Below, piece by piece: positions 28,031-38,412 of a stretch of 64,000 bases of DNA. Numbering within the stretch: position 1 is the stretch's first letter; every line of letters begins with the position of its first letter. Source of the stretch: Acidobacteriota bacterium (GTDB lineage: Bacteria; Acidobacteriota; UBA6911; RPQK01; JAJDTT01); assembly GCA_965217775.1 (NCBI GenBank), contig CBDCJH010000002.1:2144001-2208000 (forward strand), in the 5' to 3' direction. The position numbers and the translations under genes were made by a program. A model generated the notes under the pieces. The model was not told the origin of the DNA. It worked only from the letters and a program-made list of their open reading frames with translations, and did no database searches.

Positions 28031-29314
28031 TCATCCCCCGCCCGTCTTCTCCAGGGTCCAGAAAACTCCCGCGACGACCCCTTTGAGGTGGTCCGGGACC
28101 GACTTGATGTGTTCGTAGTGGTAGACGGCCGTCATGAAGCGTCCCGGAGAAATCTCGACGGTCGGGGAGGTAAATCCCGCCACGGGAGCCAGCAGGAACT
28201 TCTTGGACCGGTTCATGAGCGGGGTCCCGGAGCGGGTGCCGTCGACCCAGGTCTGTCCGCCGTCCAGGCTGATTCGCGCCGCCCTGCGCGTATTTCCACT
28301 ATGCCCCCAAGCGTGGGTCACCACCACGACGTTGCTGGGGGTCCAATCGACCGTCCCCCGGTGGCCGTACCAGTCGGTCATTCCTCCGGGCGCCAACTGA
28401 AACATCCGCCCCGCGTCCTTCGACTCGAAGAGCGCCCCCTGCTTGTAGTAGTGCATGGGGTTCCCCGTCTCCATCATCATCTTGGCGCCGTCCTCTTCGG
28501 GCCGGCCCAAGCGTTGGATCCGGGTCATGACCAGAACGTGGTCCGGGTCGTTGGGTCCGATGGCCAGTGTCGACTCGTGGGCGTTCAGGTCGGTGTAGAC
28601 CCGGCTGGGTTCCCCCCAAGTGACGCCGCCGTCGGTGGACCGCAGGACCACGTCCCCGAAATAGTCGTCCGGCGTGCCCCCGTACATGAAGTTGGGAGGA
28701 CTCACCGGATCGGTGGGTGGATGTTTTTTCTTGTAATCCTCGCTTGAAACGACGGTCGTGTTGAACAAGAGGGTCCCGTCCGGCTGCTCGATGACGGCTC
28801 GATTTCCATCCTCATGGAATTTGATGTTGGGCGTCCCTGCCCCGAACTTGGTGAAGTCGGTCTCCGACGAGGTCCAGGTCTTCCCGCCGTCGTCCGAGTA
28901 GGAGACGAACAGATCCTGGCCGTAGAGGCGCAGCTCCTTCTGGTTGGGCGGATGGTCTCCGCTGGTCTGGTGGATCAGAAAGATCCTGCCCTTCCGGCTC
29001 ACACCCATTCCCTGCACCACTTGGTGGGGCCGACCGAGATCCGCCGGGGAGGAGGTCCAGGTCTCGCCATTGTCCGCGCTCGAGTAAAGAGCGGGCGGAT
29101 CGTTCTGGATCGCAAGGTAGATGTTCCCGTCCGGATGCCGCGCCATGGCCATCATGGCCCGGTTGGAGGCGCCCGCCGGGACGATGTTCACCAGCCGTTC
29201 GATCTTCACCGTCACCCGGTGATCCATCTCTTCTTTCTCTGTTTTCTGCGGTCCTTGCTGGCAGGCAGGAGAGATCAGCAAAATCAACGTTAGCCAGATT
29301 GGGATTCGATTCAT
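28031..29314 (-). CDS. BNR/Asp-box (sialidase-like) beta-propeller lipoprotein
   Basis: Lipobox ISPAC after MNRIPIWL. Asp-boxes SADNGETW, SDDGGKTW, STDGGVTW, SKDAGRMF and SLDGGQTW. The upstream ORF extension is rejected. Confidence 0.82.
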   Translation of the reverse strand: MNRIPIWLTLILLISPACQQGPQKTEKEEMDHRVTVKIERLVNIVPAGASNRAMMAMARHPDGNIYLAIQNDPPALYSSADNGETWTSSPADLGRPHQVVQGMGVSRKGRIFLIHQTSGDHPPNQKELRLYGQDLFVSYSDDGGKTWTSSETDFTKFGAGTPNIKFHEDGNRAVIEQPDGTLLFNTTVVSSEDYKKKHPPTDPVSPPNFMYGGTPDDYFGDVVLRSTDGGVTWGEPSRVYTDLNAHESTLAIGPNDPDHVLVMTRIQRLGRPEEDGAKMMMETGNPMHYYKQGALFESKDAGRMFQLAPGGMTDWYGHRGTVDWTPSNVVVVTHAWGHSGNTRRAARISLDGGQTWVDGTRSGTPLMNRSKKFLLAPVAGFTSPTVEISPGRFMTAVYHYEHIKSVPDHLKGVVAGVFWTLEKTGGG

Positions 29315-29501
29315 GATATTTCGTTCTCCGTGAGCGGACTTGGTGGAAACGACGACGGAAGATACCCGAACTGAGCGACTTCCATACCGTCGAGAGGAAT
29401 CAGTAGCGTAAAACGTTTGTCCATTGTCAACGCGGCCAATGGCTGCCGTCAAGGTGCGCACCTTACCGTATCTACCAAACAGACGGCGTCCCACCGATAA
29501 T

Positions 29502-30218
29502 TCACTTCCCGGCGACGAAAAGCACCCGTCTCGCTTCTTCGATCCCTCGATTGCGGTCAAGGGAAATACAGGAGACCTCCGTAAAGCCGCTACGTTCGAG
29601 CGCCTGGACAACCGTGGAAACGGGATACCAAGTCTGTACCAGATGAACAACGTCGGGGCGAACCCGATGCGGAGAGGTTACCGTCGCCCGGAACTCCGCC
29701 AGCCGAGTGTCCTCGCAATAGGAAGTCGATGCCACCGTGGTCGAACTCGGATCAGGGATAGTCCAAGTGCCCGACCAAGAGGTCCGGTATTGAACTTCCG
29801 TATTGAGATCGAAGGCAAATACGCCTCCTGGAGCGAGGCAACTTGAAACGTTGAGGAGCGCCGACTCAAGGTCGTCCAACGTCAGCAGATGATTGAGACT
29901 ATCGTACAGCGAGAAGGCGGCATCAAACTTGCGAGACAGGCAAAATGATCGAATATCCGTACAGATGAACCCACAACCGGGAGCATTCACGGTCGCATGG
30001 CGGAGCATTTCGTAAGAGGCGTCGACGCCAACAACCCGAAAGCCCCCTGCGCTCAGCTTTCGGGCAAACTGGCCGGTGCCACAGCAGGCATCGAGGATGG
30101 CGCTGCCGGGATCGAGCTTGCGCAATACAAGGCGTTCCAATTGCGGGAACGAGCCCAGGGAGTCCTCACCCCAGTGCCGGTTGTAGACGGCGGCGAATTT
30201 GTCGTACCTGGAAAGCAT
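29502..30218 (-). CDS. Class I SAM-dependent methyltransferase
   Basis: ILDACCGTG, VVGVDAS, FDAAFSLYDSLNHL, LAPGGVFAFD. Confidence 0.88.
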   Translation of the reverse strand: MLSRYDKFAAVYNRHWGEDSLGSFPQLERLVLRKLDPGSAILDACCGTGQFARKLSAGGFRVVGVDASYEMLRHATVNAPGCGFICTDIRSFCLSRKFDAAFSLYDSLNHLLTLDDLESALLNVSSCLAPGGVFAFDLNTEVQYRTSWSGTWTIPDPSSTTVASTSYCEDTRLAEFRATVTSPHRVRPDVVHLVQTWYPVSTVVQALERSGFTEVSCISLDRNRGIEEARRVLFVAGK

Positions 30219-30456
30219 GACCTCTACGGGTTTGAAGTTCCGTGGAACCGACAGCGGCCCCGGTCCTCATTTCTCACCGGGAAATGCGATGATCACACCG
30301 GGTAGTGTCTTCGGTGTGCGCTCGCGAAAGCAAGCACGAAAGCTTCGGGCACAAGACCGGAATAGTACTTGAAATTTTCACTCTTGAACCCTCCACCAAC
30401 AGCGAAATTGCCGGGCGTTAACAGTACATCGCCTTTGAAAGCGAAGCCATGCTTAA

Positions 30457-30614
30457 CAGTCCGTGGTGAAAGTCCCGCGAGCACCGAGACCGTTCCTGCG
30501 CCCGCCGGACAAGGCGCGATTCGGGTGCATACCGGGAGTATGTGCCCGAATCGCAACGCCGTCCGCCGGGATGCAGGGACGGTCGAATGCCGTGATGACT
30601 TTTGCCACGGGCTG
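30457..30614 (-). mobile_element. 158-bp MITE, copy 2, TSD TTAA
   Basis: CAGTCCGTGGTGAAAGTC...GACTTTTGCCACGGGCTG, flanked by TTAA at 30453-30456 and 30615-30618. Confidence 0.92.
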
Positions 30615-30618
30615 TTAA

Positions 30619-30777
30619 CAGTCCGTGGTGAAAGTCCCGCGAGCACCGAAACCGTTCCTGGGCCCGCCGGACAACGCGCGATGAGGGAGCATACCGTGAG
30701 TAGGTGACCGAATCGCAACGCAGTCCGCGCACGATGCAGGGACGGTCGAATGCCGTGACGACTTTTGCCACGGGCTG
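30619..30777 (-). mobile_element. 159-bp MITE, copy 3, TSD TTAA
   Basis: Same TIRs; flanked by TTAA at 30615-30618 and 30778-30781. Confidence 0.92.
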
Positions 30778-30807
30778 TTAATGTCGGCCAGGTCACCAAG
30801 GATCACC

Positions 30808-31152
30808 TCACCCAGCCTGAGCAAGCTGCTTTTCTTTGCTCGGCTGCTGTATGACGACGTAGTCCCGCACAATCTCTTGGTGGAAGCTCTCGGGCAACTT
30901 TGCCCAGTCGTGCGCCTGGACCAGGATGGGAATGTTGGACTGCTCCACCGCCTTTACGAATTCGACGTATCTATCCCCTGGTACCGGCTCCAGCGTAGGA
31001 CTGCGCAATACTAGATCCAGGTCGCTGCCCGGATGGCTTTGGCCGTTGATGCGGCTGCCGTAGGCCCATGCCTCCACTTCAGGCAGATGCTCCCGCAGCA
31101 GGGCTTCGATCTGCTCCCGATAGCGATCGGGCAGGTCCAGGCGCTCAGTCAT
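30808..31152 (-). CDS. Minimal nucleotidyltransferase (MNT, HI0073-like)
   Basis: AYGSRINGQSHPGSDLDLVL (GS..DxD motif). Confidence 0.88.
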   Translation of the reverse strand: MTERLDLPDRYREQIEALLREHLPEVEAWAYGSRINGQSHPGSDLDLVLRSPTLEPVPGDRYVEFVKAVEQSNIPILVQAHDWAKLPESFHQEIVRDYVVIQQPSKEKQLAQAG

Positions 31153-31567
31153 TCGACCCCTCCGCTATGACCTGAGCCATCTCCTTGGCGTCGTCTATGA
31201 AACGGGGAAATAGCTTCAGAGTCGTCTCAGCGAAACCCTCGCCATACTGGTGAGCCGTGTCGTTCCGGTTGTCCCGGTACTCGAGCCAGCGTTCGCAACT
31301 CTCAACGGAGATCAACCCGTGTTTGGCGGCATGACGGAACCGATTCTTGAAGCTGAGACGGTCCGCCTGCCGGTTGCTGGAAAAATATGGTCTGAGCCTC
31401 TTCTTTAGCAGGCTGCCGCTTTGCTCCAAGACCAATTCGAACTCCTTGACACCAGCGGCGCGAAAGACGTCGTAGGCAATATCGCCCGCTTCATGCTGTT
31501 GCAAGTGCTCGAACGCCGTCTCCAAGGTCCGAATACAGCGAGTGATGAAGTCTGTGTTGATGATCAT
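31145..31567 (-). CDS. HEPN protein / nucleotidyltransferase substrate-binding subunit (HI0074-like)
   Basis: [24 protein letters not shown] (R-x4-H); overlaps the MNT start. Confidence 0.88.
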   Translation of the reverse strand: MIINTDFITRCIRTLETAFEHLQQHEAGDIAYDVFRAAGVKEFELVLEQSGSLLKKRLRPYFSSNRQADRLSFKNRFRHAAKHGLISVESCERWLEYRDNRNDTAHQYGEGFAETTLKLFPRFIDDAKEMAQVIAEGSND

Positions 31568-32603
31568 GTTCCGTCACCTTTCCCAAACCCCAAGCGCTCC
31601 CGATTCGCCTCGATAGCTGCGTCCAGCTTGGCGGGCTCGGCCTGCTGCTCCTGCCATTGAGCGGTGAGCCGGGCCATCTTCTTCCCGAGTTGAAAGGAGG
31701 ATTGGCCAGGATGTAATCGGCCTTCAGATCGGGATGCCGGTCGTTGTGGAAAGTGTCTCCATGCGCAATCTGCCCCTCGATGCCTCGAATGGCCAAGTTC
31801 ATCTTGGCCAGTCGCCAAGTGGTGTAGTTCGATTCCTGGCCGTAGATCGAGATGTCGGCCCGCGTGCCCCTCGGAAGTTTCCCGCCGTTGCCAATGCCGG
31901 TCGTGTGGGCGCGGATGAACTCCACCGACTGCACGAACATCCCCGAGGAGCCGCAACATGGGTCGTAGACCCGACCCTGGTAGGGCTCCAGCATCTCTAC
32001 CAGTAACTTGACGATGCAGCGCGGAGTGTAGAATTCGCCCCCCTTCTTGCCCTCGGCGCTTGCGAACTGGGACAGGAAGTACTCGTAGACCCGGCCCAGC
32101 ACGTCCTTGGATCGGGCCTCCTCGTCGCCCACCTGGATGTTGCTGATGAGATCGATTGTCTGGCCCAAGCGGGTTTTGTCCAGTGCCGGACGGGCGCAGT
32201 CTTTGGGCAGCACGCCCTTAAGCGCCGGATTGTCCCGCTCGATGCCGGCCCTGGCATCGTCAACCAGTCGGCCGATGATGGGTTGGTTGGCTTGCGCTTT
32301 CAGCTTCGCCCAGCGCGCTTCCACCGGCACCCGGAAGATGTTCTGTGCGCGGTACTCGTCCGGGTCCTCCGGGTCGGCCCCCGCACCGGTTTCACCCTCC
32401 AGCCGGGTGTGGGCTTCCTGGAAGGCGTCAGAGATATACTTGAGGAAGATCAGACCCAGGATAACGTGCTTGTACTCCGCCGCGTCCATGCTCCCACGCA
32501 GGGCATCGGCCATCTGCCAGAACTGGCCTTCATAGTCCACATTGGCGGCGCTTTGAAGTTTTGGCTTGGAGCGTGTCCTGGCTTTGGCCAATGGTCCTTC
32601 CAC
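31564..32603 (-). pseudogene. hsdM: Type I R-M methyltransferase with an internal deletion
   Basis: [33 protein letters not shown] and ANPPFN, joined out of frame near 31690 to the C-terminal [19 protein letters not shown]. Confidence 0.88.
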
Positions 32604-32749
32604 TCATCGAGCGCCTTCATTGTGCTGCAGGCGATGCTCACCGGCGGGAGTATGTTGCGGAAGCTGCTCCGCATCGTCCTGTAGAATATATCGGAAAGTC
32701 TTCTATCGTTGAAGAAATTAGAACCAGCGGCTCGGTAATGACCACCTGG

Positions 32750-34080
32750 CCCGAGTTTACCGCGTTGGACAAAAAGATAAAGATAAGTTCTTTTTTCGCA
32801 GAGACATCGGTCAGCCCTCCCGTATGACCTACGGAGCCGCATCAGGGGTTGGATCGCCTGGCTTTCGAGGTCTAGGATTTCGTACATCCTGCGCTGTTCG
32901 TCCGTCATCTGCGAGAGCGTCGTCCTGAGTTCGGGATCGCCGCCCTCCTCCTGCGCGGGATAGAGTACGTCGACTTCGCGGATCCCACCCAGTGCGTCGA
33001 GCAGCGCGGGGATCGAGCCCGACACGCCGTGGCGGCTCAGTTCGCGCTGCAGCAGTCCGCACAGCATCAGCGCCAGCACGCAGCAGAACACATGCACCGC
33101 GATCTTCTGATCCGTCCAGTGGTATTGCGGCCGGATCGCGATGCAGTCGCTGTCCTTCAGTTGCCGGAAGGCGCTCTCGACATGATGCTGCGCGGTAGCC
33201 GCGCACCAACTCGGCGTCGCTCCAACCCGCTTGGTCGGTGAACAGCAGGGTCTTGCCCAGCAACCTGCGCTGCAGCTGCTCCCAGGCGCGCCGCTGGAAG
33301 CGATAATTCACCTTCGGCAAGCCGTCCTCCTCACGCACCTGGACGTCGAACAGGTCCCGCATGTGCCGTGCCCGCAGCCAGCCGTCAACCTTCTTGCGCG
33401 TGGTGGCCACGCCCGGCTTGCGCCCTCCACGGATCTTGCCGTCGCGCCAGCGGCGTAGCTGCCGCTGCAGCGCGCGCAGGTGCTGGCGCCGCTTCGCGAT
33501 CTCACGCAGCAGCGTCCGGCACTGGGCGTCGAACAGCACTTGGCGCAGGTCGAGGCCGAACTCACGGGTCATGGCGGTCACGATGTCTCGTTCGATGGCG
33601 GGGATGGCTGAGACGGGGACGCGGTGCATCTGGTCCCAGAAGCGCTGGCTGGTGAGCTGGCTGGAGCGCAGGGGGAGCAGGCGGCCGAGGGCGGTGGAGT
33701 CGAACCAGCGGGCGAGGCTGGCCTTGGAGCCGGGGGCGAGGCAGCGGTTGAGGACGGCGGCGAGCAAGTAGGTGCCGACAGACGGGCCGGAGCCGCGCTT
33801 GGGGACATGGCGGTCGATGTGCTCGACGAGCTGCAAGCGGCGGGCGAGGGCGAGCAGGGCGGTGGAGGCGCCGAATTCGCGCGCACGACCGCCTCCAGTG
33901 GCTGGGCGAGCACGGGGGCGGCACGGAGCTTCTCGATGATCTTGTCGGCGCGGCCGAGATAGGTCTGGGAAACGATCTTGGGCTTGCCGTGGACGCGTTT
34001 GCAGACGCGCGCGTAGTAGTAGGGGTGGCCGCGGATGATCTTCTTGACGATGCTGGCCGTATATCAGGTCATACAAAAGC
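32750..34080 (-). mobile_element. IS1634-family transposase remnant (frameshifts, internal deletion)
   Basis: (ACG)ASIVKKIIRGHPYYY..GKPKIVSQTYLG; SVGTYLLAAVLNR; FRQLK..RPQYHWTDQKIAVHVFCCVLAL. Inverted GTATGACCT near both ends; boundaries approximate. Confidence 0.75.
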
Positions 34081-34248
34081 CGAAGTCACTGGCGCATTGG
34101 GGGCAATTCCTTTTGGTGACTCCTGATCTGCCCCCAGTTATCCCCGGCTGTCAAGGCATACTAGCGGATGAATTCGGACAGGAAAACAGTTTAAATAACT
34201 GATAAAGAGGGAAAAAGAGACATCTTTGGATGTCTCTGGATGGAAAAT

Positions 34249-34344
34249 TGGCGGAGGAGGTGGGATTCGAACCCACGTGCCCGGCTCATCACCGGACAAC
34301 CCGATTTCGAGTCGGGCCCGGTACGTCCACTTCGGTACTCCTCC
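34249..34344 (-). tRNA. tRNA-Ser(CGA)
   Basis: GGAGGAGTACCGAAGTGGACGTACCGGGCCCGACTCGAAATCGGG..long variable arm..GGTTCGAATCCCACCTCCTCCGCCA. Confidence 0.93.
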
Positions 34345-34540
34345 ACCGCTCATTAGAGCCAATCCGCCGGCTCCAAGTCAAGGAACGGAGCCCGCTCCGG
34401 GCAGCCGTCCCGCTCGCTCCCGTCACGGTTTGGGAGTGGTATAGTATGGAGTTTCGAGAGTCCCTCGGCGGCGGGATCGACCCGGATTCCGGCCTCTGAA
34501 ACGGGACTCCGGCCTCCTCTCCGAGACGGCGGGTTCATTC

Positions 34541-36187
34541 ATGAGCTACGTGGTTCTGGCACGGAAATGGCGCCCTCAGACCTTCGACGAGGTCGCGGGA
34601 CAGGAAACGGTCACCCGGGCGCTCAGGAACGCTATCCGGAGCGGCCGCATCGCCCATGCCTTCCTCTTTTCGGGCGTGCGGGGCGTGGGAAAGACCACCA
34701 CGGCCCGGATCCTGGCCAAGGCCCTCAACTGCGGGCAGGGACCCACCGAAGAGCCTTGCTCCAAATGCGTCCCCTGCACCGAGATCGCCGCAGCCAACAG
34801 CCTGGACGTACTGGAGATCGACGCCGCCTCCAACACCGGCGTGGACAACATTCGGGAACTGCGCGAAAGCGCCCGCTACACACCGGCCCGGGACCGCTTC
34901 AAGATCTACATCATCGATGAGGTCCACATGCTCTCCAACGCGGCCTTCAACGCGTTGCTCAAGACCCTGGAGGAGCCGCCGCCTCATGTGAAGTTCATCC
35001 TGGCCACGACGGAGCACGCCAAGATCCCCGTCACCATCACCTCCCGCTGCCAGCAATACGACCTCAAACCCATCCCCTTCGTCCTGATCCTGGAGCACCT
35101 GAAACGGATCTGCGCCAGCGAGGAGATCGAGATCAGCGACTACGGACTGAGGGCCATCTCGTCGGCCGCCAAGGGCAGCATGCGCGACGCTCAATCGATT
35201 CTGGAGCAGATCATCTCCCTTTCCGGGAAGCAGGTGTCCGAAGAGGACGTCCGCGTGCTGCTGGGAATGGTGGACGAGAAACTCGTGGCCGGGCTGGTGG
35301 ACTGCATTCAAGAACGGGACGCCCAGTCCCTGTTGCAGCGGATGCAGGATGCCGTCGAGTCCGGGGTCGACCCGCGGAATCTGGCGGACCGCATGGTGGC
35401 CCACGTCCGAAACCTCTTGGTCTTTCAGGTCAGCGGTTGGGAAGAACGACTGCTCCAGCTCCCCGACAGCCAGAAGGAGGTGGTGACTCGGCAGGCGGAG
35501 GCTTTTTCGACTCCCGACCTGATCCGGTTCTTCGACGTTCTGACCCGATGCGAGGGAGAGATGCGGTGGCATCCCAATCCAGGCCTCCACCTGGAAATGG
35601 CCTTCATGAAGCTCATCGAGCTGGCCGGACTCCCCCGCCTGGAGAGCGTCCTGGAGCAACTCGAATCGGGACGTTTCCAAGCGGTCGCGCGGACACCCGA
35701 AAAAGCTCCGGAGAACCAGGATCTGTTTGCGAGCCGTCCCACTTCCCCCGGATCTACGGGCACGGTGAAACGTCCTCCGGCGCCCGCCCGGCCCGTCTCC
35801 TCAGCTACACCCGAACCGGCCCGGTCCGAACCTGCCCAACCCCGTCAGGGATTCCGGGAACGGCTACTGGCCGCGGTCCAGGACAGGGCGCCGGGACTCC
35901 ACTCAACGTTGCTGCACTCCACCGGCAGCCAGGTTCAGGACGGCAAGCTGATCGTCGTCTTCCCCGCCTCCGAGCAGGTCATTGCCGGCGCGGTGCAGAA
36001 CAACGCACAGCTCCTCGGCGAGATCTCGGAACAGCTGACAGGAGTCCCTTGCAAGCTTCAGATTCGGTTCGAGGAGGCGAAATCCGCGGGGAAGGACAAG
36101 GAGGAAGACGATCCCATGGAGAACCCCAAGGTCAAGGCCTTTCTGAAGCGGTTTCCGAGCAAGGTGATCGTGGAACGCAACCCGTAG
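34541..36187 (+). CDS. dnaX: DNA polymerase III subunit gamma/tau
   Basis: LARKWRPQTF, GVRGVGKTT, Zn-binding Cys cluster, IIDEVHML, LLKTLEEPP, SRC. Confidence 0.97.
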   Translation: MSYVVLARKWRPQTFDEVAGQETVTRALRNAIRSGRIAHAFLFSGVRGVGKTTTARILAKALNCGQGPTEEPCSKCVPCTEIAAANSLDVLEIDAASNTGVDNIRELRESARYTPARDRFKIYIIDEVHMLSNAAFNALLKTLEEPPPHVKFILATTEHAKIPVTITSRCQQYDLKPIPFVLILEHLKRICASEEIEISDYGLRAISSAAKGSMRDAQSILEQIISLSGKQVSEEDVRVLLGMVDEKLVAGLVDCIQERDAQSLLQRMQDAVESGVDPRNLADRMVAHVRNLLVFQVSGWEERLLQLPDSQKEVVTRQAEAFSTPDLIRFFDVLTRCEGEMRWHPNPGLHLEMAFMKLIELAGLPRLESVLEQLESGRFQAVARTPEKAPENQDLFASRPTSPGSTGTVKRPPAPARPVSSATPEPARSEPAQPRQGFRERLLAAVQDRAPGLHSTLLHSTGSQVQDGKLIVVFPASEQVIAGAVQNNAQLLGEISEQLTGVPCKLQIRFEEAKSAGKDKEEDDPMENPKVKAFLKRFPSKVIVERNP

Positions 36188-36414
36188 GAGTCTGCGCGGT
36201 AGAAATGATCGTAGCGAGAAAGTGGGGAATCGAGGCCAGATTTTCTCGATTTGGAGGTGCATAGTTGTTCTATTCGCCGAGAAATCGGGGAAATATGGAC
36301 CGATTCTACCGCTTTCGCAGTAGATCAATTTCTGCGGCGCAGACTCCTGGGATCCCGTATGGAATGCGCCAACCCAATTCCACGGCGCTTCGAATCACAC
36401 GCACACAGGAGTGA

Positions 36415-36720
36415 ATGCGCATGAGGATGCGAAAAAAGAACATCAAGGGCCTGATGAGACAGGCTCAGCAGATGCAGGAGCAGTTGCAGCAACAGATGCT
36501 TCAGACCCGCGTGGAGGCCACCAGTGGCGGCGGCGCCGTCCACGTCGTCATGGACGGATCCAAGAAGATGCACTCCATCCGCATCGATCCCGATGCCGTG
36601 GACCCGGATGACGTGGAGATGCTGCAGGATCTGGTCCTGGCCGCCGTCAACGAAGCGGGACGCAAGGTCGATGAGATGATGAGTTCCCAGGTCAGCAGTC
36701 TGACCGGCGGAATTCTTTGA
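36415..36720 (+). CDS. ybaB: YbaB/EbfC nucleoid-associated protein
   Basis: MRQAQQMQ..EATSGGGAV..DPDDVEMLQDLVLAAVNEA; between dnaX and recR; exact start uncertain. Confidence 0.93.
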   Translation: MRMRMRKKNIKGLMRQAQQMQEQLQQQMLQTRVEATSGGGAVHVVMDGSKKMHSIRIDPDAVDPDDVEMLQDLVLAAVNEAGRKVDEMMSSQVSSLTGGIL

Positions 36721-36743
36721 CCCGCATCTCACTGGGAGAAGTC

Positions 36744-37346
36744 ATGAACACCCACCACCAGGACCCCATCAACAGACTCGTCGACGAGTTGAAGCGCCTG
36801 CCCGGCATCGGCCCCAAATCGGCGCAGCGGCTGGTCTTCCACCTGATTCGTAAGCCCGACTCCGAATGCGACCGGCTCGCCCAGGCCATTGGAGATCTCA
36901 AGCGCAGCCTGGTGTTCTGCTCGGTGTGCAACCACATCGGCGGTGCCGATCCCTGCTCCATCTGCAAGCAGGCCAATCGGGACCGGGAGACCATTTGCGT
37001 CGTGGAGGAGCCCTTCAACGTGCTCTCCATCGAGAAGACGGGTCAATACCGGGGCCTCTACCACGTCCTCCACGGCGCCATCTCTCCCATCAATGGAATC
37101 GGCCCTGAGGACCTCAAATTGCGGAACCTGTTCGAGCGCTTTCGCGACGGCGAGGTCAAGGAAGTGATCGTGGCCACCAATCCCACCACCGAAGGCGAGG
37201 CCACGGCGCTCTATCTCTCCAAGCTCATCAAGCCTCTGGAGATTCGCGTCTCCCGGATCGCGCTCGGCATCCCCATGGGAAGCGACCTGGAGTACACCGA
37301 CCAGTTGACCCTGACCCGGGCGCTGTCCGGGCGCCAGACTCTCTAG
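36744..37346 (+). CDS. recR: Recombination mediator RecR
   Basis: LPGIGPKSAQRL, C4 zinc finger, YHVLHGAISP, ATNPTTEGEATA. Confidence 0.97.
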   Translation: MNTHHQDPINRLVDELKRLPGIGPKSAQRLVFHLIRKPDSECDRLAQAIGDLKRSLVFCSVCNHIGGADPCSICKQANRDRETICVVEEPFNVLSIEKTGQYRGLYHVLHGAISPINGIGPEDLKLRNLFERFRDGEVKEVIVATNPTTEGEATALYLSKLIKPLEIRVSRIALGIPMGSDLEYTDQLTLTRALSGRQTL

Positions 37347-38412
37347 CCACCATAATTCATAAACATGACAAAGGGCCTCGATTTTCGCCGGGATCGCTGA
37401 ACTTAGAGCGTGGGTTCTGGGGTTCAGTCGGCCGCTCGGCTCCAGAGTGGCAGGTGAACGTCCAGGAGAGTGTTTTCAGGAGACACCCTCCGCCAAGAGG
37501 TCGAGAATGGGGTTGCTGGGGCGAGGGTGACGACTAAGTTGGATGTAATCGACGCAAGACCCGCCAGAAGATTTCCTGTTCGGGGTAGGCCGAGCTGAAG
37601 TGGATCCAGATGCGGCGGGTAGTTTCTTGAACTCGAGCTCCGATCTTGAGCATCCGATGACGCAACGTATCCACTTCGAGTTTCTGCCAGGGGGTCCCGT
37701 AAAGGTAATCTCGCAGCATCAGAAACATCTGGTAGGCCACACCGTGCAGCAACAAGCGGAACTGATTGGCCAGAAAGCGATGGCAACTGAGGCGGTCCAT
37801 CTTCAAGTGGAGCTTGAAGGCCTTAATGAAGTTTTCCGTCTGCCCTCGGTCGGTGTAATCCTCGTACATCGATCGGGCCGACCGGTCCGTCCGATTGGTC
37901 ACGACGAAACAACGATTGATCCCGCGGGAGTTGACCTCGACTTTCACCACCACCCGACGGGGGTGGGGCCAGGTGCCAGCCTGGTAGAGAAACTCATCGA
38001 ATTCTCGCTGCGGGGTCCCCTCTTGTTGAAACTGCTCCCGGGTTCGCTCCAACAGAGGCTCGGCCGCCTCCTGCAGCCGAGCGTTTCGGCTCAGGCCGAT
38101 CTCGTCGTGCAGCCCCACTTGTTCACAGTATTCGTACAGTTGAGGTGTGGCAAAGCCGCAGTCGGCTCGAACCCGGATCTTCACCCGAGGACACTTCGCT
38201 TGGATCGCCTCCACCACTCGCCGCAAGACGGCCACCGCGTGCGCGGCGGTCCCCCGGTTGCCCGGCCGCAGCAGTGCCACCAGCAGATCCCCACTCTCCC
38301 CATCGAAGATCAACAGGGGATGCAGGATGTGGCTTCGCTAGTAGCCGTGGTAGAAGAAAAACTCCTGTTGCCGATGGATGGGATCGTCGGTCCCGTCCAA
38401 GTCGAGCACAAT
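37347..38412 (-). mobile_element. IS1380-family transposase remnant, 5'-truncated with an in-frame stop
   Basis: IVLDLDGTDDPIHRQQEFFFYHGY*..LLIFDG..LLRPGN; VRADCGFA; YTDRGQTENFIK; RLSCHRFLANQFRLLL. Boundaries approximate. Confidence 0.82.

Larger units (their letters stand above)
30335..30812 (-). pseudogene. hsdS: Type I R-M specificity subunit N-terminal remnant interrupted by two MITEs
   Basis: Removing the MITEs gives EVILGDLADIKHGFAFKGDVLLTPGNFAVGGGFKSENFKYYSG..PEAFVL, an HsdS TRD1-like start; the rest of the gene is absent. Confidence 0.75.

Noticed and set aside
30453-30781. Direct repeats that might suggest a CRISPR or repeat array
   Set aside because: Units are 158-159 bp with TIRs and TSDs, have no unique spacers, and no cas genes are present; they are MITEs.
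34345-34540. Expected SRP RNA (ffs) between tRNA-Ser and dnaX
   Set aside because: No helix-8 CAGG..GGAA..GCAGC signature found on either strand by eye; an Infernal search would settle it.
34541-36187. Programmed frameshift in dnaX producing gamma
   Set aside because: No A-AAA-AAG plus hairpin or long A-run seen at the expected position.
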